Shown: positions 11,241 through 29,500 of the stretch, piece after piece | Layout: the number at the start of each line of letters is the position of its first letter | How positions within the stretch are numbered: position 1 is the first letter of the stretch | Source: Antedon mediterranea | Lineage: Eukaryota; Animalia; Echinodermata | Assembly: GCF_964355755.1 (NCBI RefSeq) | Contig: NC_092678.1 | Span: forward strand, 78,422 to 142,421 | Direction of reading: 5' to 3' | DNA: 64,000 nucleotides | Made by a program: the position numbers and the translations under genes | Notes under the pieces: generated by a model | Databases searched by the model: none | The model's input: only the letters and a program-made list of their open reading frames with translations | What the model was told of the DNA's origin: nothing

Positions 11241-13443
11241 ATGGGCGGAAATGCAAGTCAACCAACGTCACCTACTACTGGTCCAACGTCAATAGGAGAT
11301 CCTACAGATTCAGATGAGAGAGTTGCACAGCTTGCTCGAGTAATGACATCAAAACCAAAACAAAATAAACGTAGACATGACCATCATCCATTTTGGGATG
11401 TTGAAGAGGATACAGATTACGATGGTTATGAGGTACCACAGCATTAATTACAATTGTATTCATTACATGGAATAAAACCAAACTTAATAAATGAAATATA
11501 TTTAATATCATAAAAACATTGTTGTATTGTAAAAAGTTTAATTTCAAATGATGTTTCTATTTAGGAGAGTATTTACATCCTGAAGCAGTTGTACAAGCAA
11601 ATGGATCCAAGTGTTATGAAGACATTGGGTGATGCAAAAGGTGATGTCAAATTATCTTTGAAATACGATGTAAGACGTCAACTTCTTTTGGTTAAAGTGG
11701 TTTCAGCAAGAGACTTAAGTGCAAAAGACTTAAGAGGAAAAGCCTCAGATCCTTACATAAAGGTTTGTATAGTGACTTCTGCTTGTGATAATAATTTCTA
11801 GTTTTTAAATGTTTTTTCCAGAACTAATATTTGTACAAATGATTCAATTTAGCTTGATGTGATTCCCGATAGTTACTCAGATGGTGCCAAGTCAACTTCA
11901 GTTGTGACAAAAAGTCTAAGTCCAACGTACAACGAGATCTTAATGTTTAAAGTGTTACCAGAAGACTTAAGTGATACACAGTTGAGGGCGCAGGTGATGA
12001 GTCATGATCCCATGGGGAAGGATGATTTTATGGGAGAAAAGATCATTTCATTGGCCGAGACAGATTTGTCTAAAGTATCTACCGAGTGGTACACACTACA
12101 AGCAGAGGTACAGTATTGGGCGTAGTCAAAACATAAATTTATACAAATCAAACATTACCTTGAATATACCTTCAAGGTAAACATACAATATAAATGCTGT
12201 TATCAAATAGACTGCACATTCACTTTACAGTTTAATTGTTAATTTACAGACTGATTTGGACATTAAAGGAGAACTTGAGATAGGTTTGCAGTTTCAACTG
12301 CCAGATACACTTCACGTTAGCATAATAGGAGCAAGTCGGCTAGTCTGTCGTGATCCAGATAAATTACCATGCCCTTACGTAAAGGTCATCATACCTGGAG
12401 TAGCAAAAGTTGAACAGACAAAGGTACAGTAATTGTACTTTTATTCACTTTTCTACACATACATACTATTCATTGGGGAGCCAAAATGATAAATATATTG
12501 CAATTTAAAATGCTTTAATGGATTCCTGTTTTATAGGTTGTCAAAAACACTTTAGATCCTGTATGGAATGAGACATTTGATTTTCCAGTAGCAGAGGAAG
12601 AACTTGGTAGTAGGTAAGTATTTTACAACCACTGGGTAACCCACAGAAGTTTGTTTATTTGAAGAACTTGGTAGTAGGTAAGTAATTTACAACAGCTGGC
12701 TAACCCACAGTTAAAGTGTGTTTATTTAAAGAACTTGGTAGTAGGTAAGTAATTTACAACAGCTGGCTAACCCACAGTTAAAGTGTGTTTATTTGAAGAA
12801 CTTGGTAGTAGGTAAGTAATTTACAACAGCTGGCTAACCCACAGTTAAAGTGTGTTTATTTGAAGAACTTGGTAGTAGGTAAGTAACAACCACAGCTGGC
12901 TAACCCACAGTTAAAGTGTGTTTATTTCAAGCTGATTACTATACAATTTTCTTTTTGTAGATATATTGTACTACATGTGCTAGACAAGGCATTTGTAGGG
13001 GAAACGGATGCTATGGGTCAAATATTTATTGACCTTTTGAACCTTGACACCAGCGTTGGCTATGCAGGTAGATTCCGCCTGGCTGACCTGGTAAGTACAA
13101 CAATCCAAACAAGTTTAATCATTAGAAACACAGTTTATAAATGCACAATCTGGCGTTTTACAGCCAAATATCATTTAATGTTGTACAATATAAAAAATAT
13201 CTATTAAATCTAATCTTAAACATTGGTTTTAATTCTGTGCAGAAAAACTCCAACAAAGTGCGGACGAAGTGGTCACAGACAGCAACAGTGCAAGAGTTCC
13301 GCGAAGCAATGTATGCACATTCCATCAATCGATATCCTAGATTGATATTTCAAAAACACACAGGAAATAAGGTGGTAACAGTCTCTAGTAGGAAAGCTGG
13401 TTCTTTTGCAAGAATTCGTATTGTTGATGGAATGGCAATCTAG
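11241..13443 (+). CDS. Synaptotagmin-like double-C2-domain protein, probably N-myristoylated. Exons 11241-11432, 11565-11762, 11853-12107, 12250-12423, 12537-12613, 12961-13090, 13243-13443
   Basis: MGGNAS start; C2A (VKVVSARDL..SDPYIK..LSPTYNE..DDFMGE) and C2B (PCPYVKV..TLDPVWNETFDF..DAMGQ); splice phases consistent. Confidence 0.85.
12597..12930. repeat. About 67-bp repeat, 5 copies, containing the C2-gene donor
   Basis: GAAGAACTTGGTAGTAG|GTAAGT at 12597, 12661, 12728, 12795 and 12862. Confidence 0.93.
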
Positions 13444-13473
13444 AAACCTGCCATGCACACCAGATAGAAATCA

Positions 13474-13624
13474 ACAAGGTCTATGGAATGGCTACAAGAA
13501 CTTGTATATATATAGTATCTAGACAAGGTCTATGGATTGGCTACAAGAACTTGTGTATATATATAGTATCTAGACAAGGTCTATGGATTGGCTACAAGAA
13601 CTTGTATATATATAGTATCTAGAA
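13474..13624. repeat. About 49-bp triplication in the 3' UTR
   Basis: acaaggtctatggattggctacaagaacttgtatatatatagtatctag x3. Confidence 0.88.
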
Positions 13625-13968
13625 CATTGTTTCAACAAGTATCAAGAAATTACAATTATGTGAATAATTTGTATTTTAATAAAGAGAAAGTGTTCTCAAT
13701 TATTTTTCTACAGTTCAACAGAAAAACTTGTTCAACTTTCAACAAGTTTTACAAATTACAAAGAAGCCAGTTTGTGTTTATCATTGTTTTATATACAAAA
13801 GAAATCCAAATTTACATAAGGAAAACTGGTTTTAAATACTTTATCCGCAAAAAAAGAACAAATGATTTGTATTTATAGTAATTACACAAGTTTGTTGACG
13901 TGAGTAAATTACGTTTGAATAGAATACCTTGTGTAAATACTTGGCTTAAAAGAATACATTTGTCCTCC

Positions 13969-18412
<4,444 letters not shown>

Positions 18413-18974
18413 GTAAGTATTTTTTGGCAGTTTAATTTATTTTTTAATACATTGGATTATTTAAGTAAGTTAACATAGTGTGTATTTGTTCAATTAACCA
18501 TTCATAATATTAACGGTCAAATTAGGTACGATTTGCCACCACTGTAACAACAACAAACACGGCAATCTATATACACAACAATGCAAGGCATAAAAACACA
18601 CGCTCTCGTGACTCGTCTCACTTCGGTGAGTGTGTCTCAGTCAGGTCCCAGGGCCTCTAGGCTGATAAAACCAAGTAATGAAATAGAAAGGACAATGCAA
18701 TTAATTATGTATGCATGCCTAGGTCTAGTAGTAGGCCTAGATCATATTGATTGTATCAAAACCAGGCATTGCATTGCCTCCTCCGATCCCATCCCATTTA
18801 TTTATTTTTATTTATTTATTTATTACCATCTTTACTGAGGGTAGCCTATCCAGTTCCTAATGGAACTGATCAATTAGGGCCCTCGATAAAACATACATAC
18901 AGTAAAACACATAAAATATTGAATATTCAAATGACATAAAATAGGCCTAAAAATTTACAATGGTTTGGTTATAA

Positions 18975-19648
18975 AATTCATATAGAAGTTAAAATCTTTG
19001 CGCAATTTTAAATTGCGCTGCACAATTTGTAAATTGCGCAAGATAGTTCTTGCGCAATATGACACCTTTGCGCAATTTGAAAACGAACTGTAAATTTTCA
19101 ATCAATCAATCAAAGTAACATTTCCCATACATGGCTAGGCTAGGCCTAGGCAGAGGAGTTTAAAATTTAGTATTTTATTATATAAATAAGACCATTTCAA
19201 TGAAGATAATGTTTAATACTCACTTTTTAAGTTTTTAATATTAGTTTAAGCTAGGCCATGTAACCTAGTCAGTATCAGTAGTCCAGACCCTAGCTAGGCT
19301 AGAGTAGTATAGCCGGCCGCCCGCGCCGCGCCCGCCTGGTGGAACACCACCGCTTCGTTTTCCTTCGTCGGTTCTTCGACGGTATGCTAACTTATAACAA
19401 TATTTGCACTACTAAAATAAGGAAATGCGATATTTATCTTTAATTTTGAATCATTCTTAGAAATTACTATAAAAATATGGGTGTGCATGATTTCACAATC
19501 TGTCGAAAAACCTTGCGCAATTTGCAGATTACTTGCGCAATTTAATAGGTTGCTTGCGCAATTTGAAATACATGTTTCAATTCAAATTGCGCAAGGATTT
19601 TTTTTGCGCAATTTCAAATTGCGCAAATCGTTCAAATCGCGCATAACA
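18975..19648. mobile_element. Probable non-autonomous element with TTGCGCAA clusters at both ends
   Basis: About 12 TTGCGCAA-type palindromes, confined to 18978-19076 and 19513-19643. Confidence 0.45.
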
Positions 19649-19779
19649 CATACACAGTGAAATCAGTACATTGAAATTGACCTTGCTCACATTCCAGTAT
19701 TTGAAATGAAAATGGAATGATTCTATTGGTTTATTTTAAAAAAATGTAGGCCTATTTAGTACACCCACTTAAAAATAGC

Positions 19780-21240
19780 CGTATCCGGATATTCACCCCC
19801 TGGACATTTACCCCCCGGAAAACTACCCCCGGACAACCACCACCTGGACCACTACCCCCTTAGGACAACTACCCCTTTAGGACAACTATCCCCCGGACAA
19901 ATACCCCCCCCCCCCCCCCCCCCCGGACAACTACCCCCTTAGGACGACTACCCCCTGGACAAATACCCCCCGGACAATTACCCCCTAGGAACAATTACTC
20001 CCCGGACAATTACCCCCCGCGGACAATTACCTGCTATCCCCCAGATGGACAACTACCACCCAGGCCATTCAACAACCTGACTCTGCAACAGTGTATAATA
20101 GGAATTAATAACTATATTTTAATTCGTTACTTTGACGAATTACTATTCATTATTGTAAACAAAAGTAAAAGATTGAACATAAATATAGCCTGGTATAAAC
20201 TGAAGATTGTCACACATGATCATAGGATAGTCGAACGTATTATATAGTACTCCCTGTATTTACTGTAAAGACTGGGTTCGCTAATAATAATAATAATTTG
20301 TGCGTCAGGACAATGCTTCGATAACCACTGGTCTTAAAAGAATTAATTTTTGTCTCAAATTTGTCATTTGTATTTTTGTACACTTGAAGAATAATATCAC
20401 TTTTGATATTTGACCTCAATGTTCACTCACCGAATAAACGGCGATCTTTAAATAAATTCCCCTCAAATAAACGGTGACCATGTCACTCCCATGACACATC
20501 ATATGGAATAATCAGCGTCTATTTCCATTAGATTATACCCCCTCCCATTGAATAAACAACTTTCTTCCAATAAATGTCCACCTAAAAACCACCTAAACAA
20601 TAAACAGCCCAGGCCGTTTTTTCAATAAATACGGTACTTTAAATCTAGCACATCTAGGGTCTAGCGTGCTGTTAAACAGAATAATCGGTTAAAAACGGGT
20701 GTTTCGAAACTAGAGACCCGAGACCAGAGACCCGAGACCCAATACGAAAAGGGAGACCCACGTACGAAAAGGGAGACCCACGTACAAAAAGGGAGACCCC
20801 ACTATACGAAAAGGGAGACCCACTATACGAAAAGGGAGACCCTAATATACGTATTGGGTCTCGTGTCAGGTCTCTGGTCTCGGGTCTCTAGTCTCGGGTC
20901 TCTAGTTTCGAAACACCCGTTAAAAACAGATGATTTCATTTTTACAGAAACCGGTCCTATATATTTGTCTACTTTTAGATTGGGGGGGGGGGGGGGGGTA
21001 GTTGACCGGGGGATAGTTGTCCTAAGGGGGTAGTTGTCCTAAGGGGGTGGTTGTTATCCTAAGGGGGTAGTTGTCCTAAGGGGGTAGTTGTCCGGGGGTT
21101 AGTTGTCCTAAGGGGGTAGTTGTCCGGGGGTAGTTGTCCGGGGGGTAGTTGTCCTAAGGGGGTAGTTGTCCTAAGGGGGTAGTTGTCCGGGTGGTAAACA
21201 TCCGGGGGTTAACTGTCTAGGGGGTAGGTGTCCTAGAACC
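19780..21240. mobile_element. Foldback/Mutator-like non-autonomous transposon with a 9-bp TSD
   Basis: Arms of tandem ggacaactacccc (left) and ggggtagttgtcc (right); direct repeat AAAAATAGC at 19771-19779 and 21241-21249. Confidence 0.85.
20697..20918. mobile_element. Nested MITE with a 9-bp TSD
   Basis: TIR GGGTGTTTCGAAACTAGAGACCCGAGAC; TSD GTTAAAAAC at 20688-20696 and 20919-20927; internal tacgaaaagggagaccc repeats. Confidence 0.88.
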
Positions 21241-21431
21241 AAAAATAGCATGGGGGTTATAAAGTATCAAGCACATGGCATATGATAAAAATAGACCCCG
21301 TGTTTAAATATGCAGTCATAGAAACAATAATAAGAAGAGTAAGACTGACTGGGCAAATAAAAATACTTGCCTCACTTTTTCATATAAAACCTGTATTTAT
21401 TTGGTTTGTTTTTTCGTTAGCAGATGTAAGA

Positions 21432-24400
21432 ATGAGTGATGATGGTGAAAGAAATAAAGATGCCATTGCCCCAGTTGCCCCAAAAGTCATTATACAGGAA
21501 GAAGGTCAAGTTGAAGTGTCCGGTAGTCCTGCCTTTCAATGTTTAGATGAGGTAACCAACTACCATCTTAATTTAAGTCATTTATTAATTTTACCAGAGA
21601 CATGTCTCTGATGTTATAAATAGCTTTTTTTAGTCAGAAAGTTGTTTATACAATGGGTGTATAACCTGTATTATATTTTTTTAATTTATGGACAGTTCAG
21701 AAATGTAATGAAAAATGTAAATGAAACTATTTTCTTTAAATTTGATCAGCTTTTTCAAGAAGGCAAGTTGACTGGTACTGAAGTAGCTCAACTAAAGTCT
21801 AAGTACACGCACTTACACAAGATACTGGCTTCGTAAGAATACATTGTTTATGTATAGAAATCAATAAAGACTAAAAAGTTGATTGAAACCTGACCTGAAG
21901 TATACATATTATTATGGAATGTATTGTAATTTGTTTTCAATTTTGTTTACAGAACAAGAGATTCTGAATCGAAGTTTTTACAGGCTGCTAAAGAATCATC
22001 AACAATTTTAGAGAAACAGAATGCAGAACTTGAAAAGGCGGACAATTTTCCTGATAGTTCCAACACAGAAGTTACAAAATATAGAATGCAACTTCTAAAA
22101 CATAGGAATGAATTTGACCAATCAGAGGAAAGAAAATACCAATATGAATTTCAAAAAGAAAGGTAGAATACTTAAGAATAATTTATTGTTACTCTTAAAT
22201 TGTTATTAAATAATCAACACTTAATTCAATGTTGACACTATGTTTTGTATGCATTAACTATTTTGTTTTTCAGTCTTAAAGAAGAAAAAAGAATGCTTGA
22301 ACGTGAATATGATCGTCTTCCAAAAAAAGATGAGATTGAAAAACAGACCAAAGAATTAACGAAAAGTATTGAAGATTTACGAGTAGAAATTGCACAGAGG
22401 AAATTGGAAGCAAAGAATTTACGAGAAGAATTAGAAACAAAAAACCGACAAGTGATGATTGAGAAAAAAGAGCTGGAGAATACAACTGAAAAAGTAGAAA
22501 AATTGAAAGATGAACTTGTTCAAGTGCATTCACTACCTGGACAGTTAGCCAAAGAAATTGACAAAATGAGTAAACACAAAAAGTAAGCTTTATTTATAAT
22601 ATATTTCTTAATATATATCATTTAATTGCAAAGGGAAAAAAGGTTTGATAAACGTGTGTGTGTTTGTTTTCAGTGAACTTGATAAAACCAAAGGTGAAGT
22701 TGACGAAGAAAGCACTGCCCTCACTGTTGAACTTCGGAGATTAATTGAGGAACAACATAAATTATCTAATGATAAATCTAATTTAGATCGAGAAAAGGAC
22801 CAGCAGAGGCAGATATTAGAGAACAGACGGAGAGAATTTGACGCTTTAATGAAAGATTTTGAGTATATGAAAGAACGTGAAGCTGTATGTCTTGGTGATC
22901 GAGCGACCTTTGACCTCAGTCTACGGCACGTTCAAATGGAGAAAAAAAATCAGCACGATATTTATGCTAGAAAACAGCGAGAAAAAGAAAGGGACTTGAG
23001 AAATTTGAAGAAAACGGAACTGCATTTGAAAGTGGCCACTGAGGCCCAAGCTCATACTCAAGTGAGTTAGTAGTCAATAAATTGAGAGGGAGTGTATATG
23101 TTAACATTCCTTGTAGGTTATATTAATCCCTGTTATTACTATAACTAGGTGAGATTCTTTTTTTTGTTTTATAGACAATTTATGACAAAGTAAAAAGCCA
23201 AGCAGACTCCGGTCCAAAGGATGATGGGAGTTTAATGGAGAAAAGAAAAGACCTTCAAAAGGAAGTGGACGAAATTAAAAGGAAACTTGCAGCACAGGTA
23301 ACGTCGTCAGTACATTAATATGTTAATTAAAATGATCTATACACTATTAAACAATCATAACATACTCTTCTCTATAGAATTCTACTAATTATCTACTCTA
23401 TACACTATTTAACATAACTCTTCTCTATAGAATTCGCTGACTGCTGTAGAGCAGGTTAAAGTTGAGCAAAGCATTGCGGAAGAAGAGCGCCTCCTATATG
23501 AACAGAGTGATTTAAGAATCGAGGTTGTTGAGTTGACACGATTGGCAGCCATAAAAGGTGATGAGCGCGAGCAGAAGGCAAGAGACTTTATGCGAGCTGA
23601 GTTACGATATCACCGTGCATTAGATGATTTAAAAGCTAAAGATCTTGCGATCATCGATAACAGAAAAAAACATCAAGAGATGATCATTAGGTAAGTCATC
23701 ATTTATTACTGCAACACCATTTGGCACACACATACTGTATATAACAGGTTTTGATCTTTTTAGAAATAATTTGTGTTTACAGATTGAAGGATTTTGCTAA
23801 GATGTATGATGTCATTAAAAATGAACGAAACAAGTGTGTAAATCTGATCCAAGCTAGCACACAGAAAGCTGCTGAAATGAGAGAAAAGATTAAAATTCTA
23901 CAAAATGAAATAGAAATATTAAGAACTGCATGCAATGCTAAGGAAAGGTATGTTATAACATTCTGTATTCCTCAACTATTAAACAATCTTATTGAAAGTG
24001 TGCAGGCGTAATTCATGTTGTTTTAAATCTTATTGAAAGTGTGCAGGCGTAATTCATGTTGTTTTTAATCTTATTGAAAGTGTGCAGGCGTAATTCATGT
24101 TGTTTTTAATCTTATTGAAAGTGTGCAGGCGTAATTCATGTTGTTTTTTGTTATCAGACAATTCCAAAAGGCTAAACTAAAGCATGTTAATGCTGTTGTT
24201 ATACGTGATCAATTGCGTAATGATCTTGCAAAACATCAACGTATTGAAGAGGAAATGAGAGAGAAGCGTGAACAGCAAAGAATGGATATTGCAAAACTAA
24301 ACTTGATGATAAACCAAGCAGAGGAACAGATGGTGAAGTTAAGGAAGCGATATGAGAATGCTGTCCAACATAGAAATGACAGGCAAGTGACCGCGGCAAG

Positions 24401-25871
24401 TGACCGCCGCAAGTGACCGCTAACTAAAGTGACATTTACCAGTTTAGTAATTAATAAAATAGTCAATACTCATTTCAAATTATTTGCATATTTATTCAGA
24501 GGTGTCCAGTTGATTGAACGCAATGAGGAAGTCTGTATCTTTTACGAGAAAGTTAATATCCAAGACGACATGATACGTAAAGGGGATGTTGAATTACAAT
24601 CACGTGAGGAAGAGATACGGTTTCTAAAGATGCAGGTTGCTGAAGAGAACAGGTCTATAGGATTAGCTAGAAAGACACTGCCAAACAAGAGGGCATTGGA
24701 TGGTGAGCTGGTCACACTACAAATACAGGTATATCACCTTATCATAGTTAATGACAAACCTTTTAAACTTCTAATGCATTAAGCATACTAAATAGATATA
24801 CAATTTTAATAGTTATCACAATGTCAAGACCGTATGGCAGAACTGGAGAAAAACCTAGAGAATCCTTATGACGAGAGTCGTGTCAGACTTTTGGAAGGAA
24901 AAGATATGCCACCTGGGGATCTCAACAAGAAGATTGAAGAGGTAATAATACTATTTGATTTTATCGATATTGAAGATGATATATAGTAATAGTATACATA
25001 ATAGTAAAAATAATTATGCCATTATAAGAACGCTTGAATTTATTTTATAGCTTGAAATTCGATTAGCAGAGAAGGAAGAACACTTGCTTGAAAAAGATTT
25101 AATCTTTGATCAAGTTTGTAAGCTGTCAGAACGAGTAAATCAAAAGATGGACGCTGGAAAAACACACACACTTAATCTTGCAAAAGAGGTGAATACCGTA
25201 TTAATGGTATGTCTATGATAGTGCGCACATCCTTGGAACAATCTGGTTGATACTGAAATGTTCTTTTTTGCAGGTAAATGACTTTCAGGCTAAAATAAAA
25301 GGTGTAACTCGCAGGATGATGGCACGAGTATCAGAGCTGTCAATGACTCAAGCAGAGTCTTTGAAACTCCAACAAGAAGTAAGAGATAAAGAAACAAGTC
25401 TTGAACAAGCTTACATCCGAATGCAACGGGGTGAAGCTCCAACAAATGAAGCTGCTAAGGAATGGGAACGAATGATTAATGATGAAAACAGAAGGATTGA
25501 AGATAAACATAATAGACAAGCTGTAAGTCAAATTATACATTCACTAATGTCATTCCTGAGAAATTTAGACATAAAGTTAATTACTGATACATTCACTAAT
25601 GTCATTCCTGAGAAATTTAAACATACAGTTAATTACTGATAAATTTAATAATAATATATTTTATTAGATCCAAGAGGATGAAGAGCAGTATGTCCTTGCA
25701 GGAGGAGCAACTACAACTGCTGAACCGCGACCAAACGCATATATCCCAGACGATGACCTGGAACTACCTGTACCACGACCTTACGGTGCTAGCGCCCCCT
25801 TCAAACCGCAGGAGTCTGGCGCTAACATGAGACATATAAGAAAACCTATCATCAAACCAATAGAAATTTAG
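21432..25871 (+). CDS. CCDC146: Coiled-coil domain-containing protein 146 (ciliary), about 14 coding exons
   Basis: [63 protein letters not shown]...[32 protein letters not shown]. Confidence 0.93.
23985..24146. repeat. About 41-bp repeat, 4 copies, just upstream of a CCDC146 acceptor
   Basis: aatcttattgaaagtgtgcaggcgtaattcatgttgtttt x4. Confidence 0.9.
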
Positions 25872-26565
25872 ATAATTACGGTGGTGGTAATGAAATATTT
25901 AAACAATATATTTGTGAATAGAATTGTATTGTGCTTTTATTGCATGGGTAGATGATGTTCAATCACTGTTTATATTTACATAAATAAAGAATTTAAATTT
26001 CAATTAATATTTAAAGCATCAAGTTATTTTTAGGAATAAAAGAAACTGCTTCCAAACATATTTTTTAGTTCCATCAATAATACAATAATATAATCCAAGA
26101 TTTTTGGTCCATTAAAAAAACCAAAACCTGCTCTCAAATACCTCAATATTTTAAGTCTTTCTTCGGAGACAATTATTGTAGAAAAGCTTCCAATAATAAA
26201 ATATTCTGTGTATTCGACTTGTTATAAACAATCTGCTTCCAAATATGTTGATATGTTAGTAAAACAGCTTCCAATAAGCTCACCAAATGAATAAGAGTTA
26301 ATACAGTAGTTTTTAAGTATCTGTTTCACAGGATGTATGTTAAAGGTCACATTTATCTTCCTTTTAGAAGGGGCGTCGTTTGAATTACAACTTCCTTGAT
26401 GTATGGGTGCATAATATAATTTACTTAGTTTGTAACGTTTGATAAATGATTTGTACAAAAATGTATAATAAATAAATGAATAAAGTAACCCGTGCACATA
26501 ATTTATTTGTTAATATTTTATTTGTTACATTGCACAATCGTTGTATTCTAATTCTGGCTACCATT

Positions 26566-29500
26566 TTAAAACGTTACATCGGATAAATTATTTCCATACT
26601 TTTCCATTGTATTGAGTAAAGCTACTTTTTCAACTTTCCTTGGTTCCATCTGGAAGCAGCTCGGTTCATTATCGAATCCATGGTTTACAATCATCATCTT
26701 GGGATCTGAAAAAAAAACCAAATAAATAAAAAAGGGGCTTATGGCAGCCCCTGCATCTAGTATCTGCCTCAGACTTCTGGTCAAGGTGGGCACTGGATGA
26801 GAGAAGCCCTTGATCAATGTTAGGACCAATCAAGGTGCTTTAAACAGTCCTGGCTTTGTTTGTATCAAACCTGTTAGTGGCGGTAATTATCGCTGTTGGT
26901 TTCGATTGAATAAAATAAAATAAAATAAAAATAAAAAACATTCTATGTTACGATAAACTTATACACGACATGGGAAAGAGTGCAAATGCCTTACCTTTCT
27001 CTCTTAGTAGTTTCATCAACGTGCCTAGAGGTGGAAAGGCACCGGTTATGCTTTCATTTTCATCAGAGCCTGCATCTGTAATACACATTAATAATTAAAT
27101 TAGTTTGACTACATTAATAGTGTTGTTACCATAGTAATACAAAAAGCCTCTTTCTTACATAAAGTACTGCCACGATCAGGGTCTTGCTCCATTGCAGTCT
27201 CTCTATTTAGATAGAATGGATACTCTAAACAGCCTGAAAATTAAAACAATATATCAGTTAAAATATATACAGTCTATTCTGATTCACGGTGTGATATATA
27301 CAGAGTAGTATTTAATTACTGAGTGAGTGCGGCCGAGCGGTTAAGACGGTGGAACCGTAATCCATAGCCATAACATTGGCAAGGGTTCTAGGCTGCCTCC
27401 ATGGTTCTGCTATAAACTGTAGGTCCAGTGTACATCTGGCTCATGTGCACTTGAAAGAACATAGTACATCTTTCGGGACGAGTAGGGGGTTACCCCGGTG
27501 TACTAGTTTATATACACACACACTGTCGTGGACAGACGTAATGGCGCCGTAGTTGGCTGCCGATGACACGATGTGACCCTTAGGGGAGAAGAATGAATTG
27601 GCGCTTTACAAATTTGTATATATATTGTATATATTATAATTACAAATATAACAATGTGTATGTTCTTACAATCATCTTTGAGTGCGTCCTCTACATACTG
27701 CTGAGATTTGTATATATTATATATATTATTATTACAAATATAACAATGTGTATGTTCTTACAATCATCTTTGAGTGCGTCCTCTACATACTGCTGAGCTA
27801 AATACTTCAAAGCAAGTGGATGCTTCCACTCTTCTATAATCTCCAATGCTTCCGTCTACAAAATACACATAGTAACATGTTAGTGCTTTTATAACACAAG
27901 TCTTTATACTTAGTAACATGTTAGTGCTTTAATAACACAAGTCTTTATACTTAGTAACATGTTAGTGCTTTTATAACACAAGTCTTTATACTTAGTAACA
28001 TGTTAGTGCTTTTATAAACACAAGTCTTTATACTTAGTAACATGTTAGTGCTTTTATAACACAAGTCTTTATACTTAGTAACATGTTAGTGCTTTTATAA
28101 CACAAGTCTTTATACTTAGTAACATGTTAGTGCTTTTATAACACAAGTCTTTATACTTAGTAACATGTTAGTGCTTTTATAACACAAGTCTTTATACTTA
28201 GTAACATGTTAGTGCTTTTATAACACAAGTCTTTATACTTAGTAACATGTTAGTGCTTTTATAACACAAGTCTTTATACTTAGTAACATGTTAGTGCTTT
28301 AATAACACAAGTCTTTATACATAGTAACATGTTAGTGCTTTTATAACACAAGTCTTTATACTTAGTGAAGAAACTAATCTGTGCATTCTAACCTGTGGTA
28401 ACTGAATCAAGATCTCATGCTTTTGTAAGGAATGCTCCTCGTCATCTGGAAGTTCAGCAAAGAATTTTCTCACAAACTCAGGGGTTAGTTGAAGAACTCC
28501 TCGCTCTACATACTGCAGAAATGAAGAGTAACTTAGGCAACGATAGCCAAGACAAGTAAAGCACGTCTGAAATCCTTTAAAAAAATAAACAGAATCATGT
28601 AATTACATTATTCAGATGAAAGTAATAACGATGAATTTGTTTAGAACTAAAACCCACCTGGAGGAAATGGAAAACAAATGCTGTCTGTTGCTAAGTAACA
28701 TCGTTCTAGTAGGTTATACAAATGTTTATCCTTTTCACTCACCGGATCTTGACTGAAAAAATAACATTTCTTTGTTAATATCGCTATTTACAGAATGAAA
28801 ACATTAGCTGCACATCAACAGACTCATAGAACGTGAATAATTAATTAAGCTAGTAGCAATAGTAAAACCTCACAAATATAAAACTTACAATGGAATATTA
28901 GCTGGTTCAAGTTGCTGACCTTTGCCACCCACAGAATTGGAAACAATTTCCAGAAGTTGTTTTGCTTGTTTCATTTGGCATTCAATGTACTCTGCAGAAA
29001 GTGACCGCATTCTGACCTTTTTACTATAGTCAGATAAGTGAAGATCAAAATGACGAGTCAATTTATCAATCATCTACAAAGGACAAATAAACAAATAATA
29101 TTACAACATGAAATGTACAAGGTGGTCATAGTCAGTTTGTGCAAAGGACAAATAAACAAATAATATTACAACATGAAATGTACAAGGTGATCATAGTCAG
29201 TTTGAGCAAAAGACAAATAACAAATAATATTACAACATGAAATGTACAAGGTGATCATAGTCAGTTTGAGCAAAGGACAAATAACAAATAATATTACAAC
29301 ATCAAATGTACAAGGTGATCATAGTCAGTTTGAGCAAAAGACAAATAACAAATAATATTACAACATGAAATGTACAAGGTGATCATAGTCAGGATGAGCA
29401 AAGGACAAATAACAAATAATATTACAACATCAAATGTACAAGGTGATCATAGTCAGTTTGAGCAAAGGACAAATAACAAATAATATTACAACATCAAATG

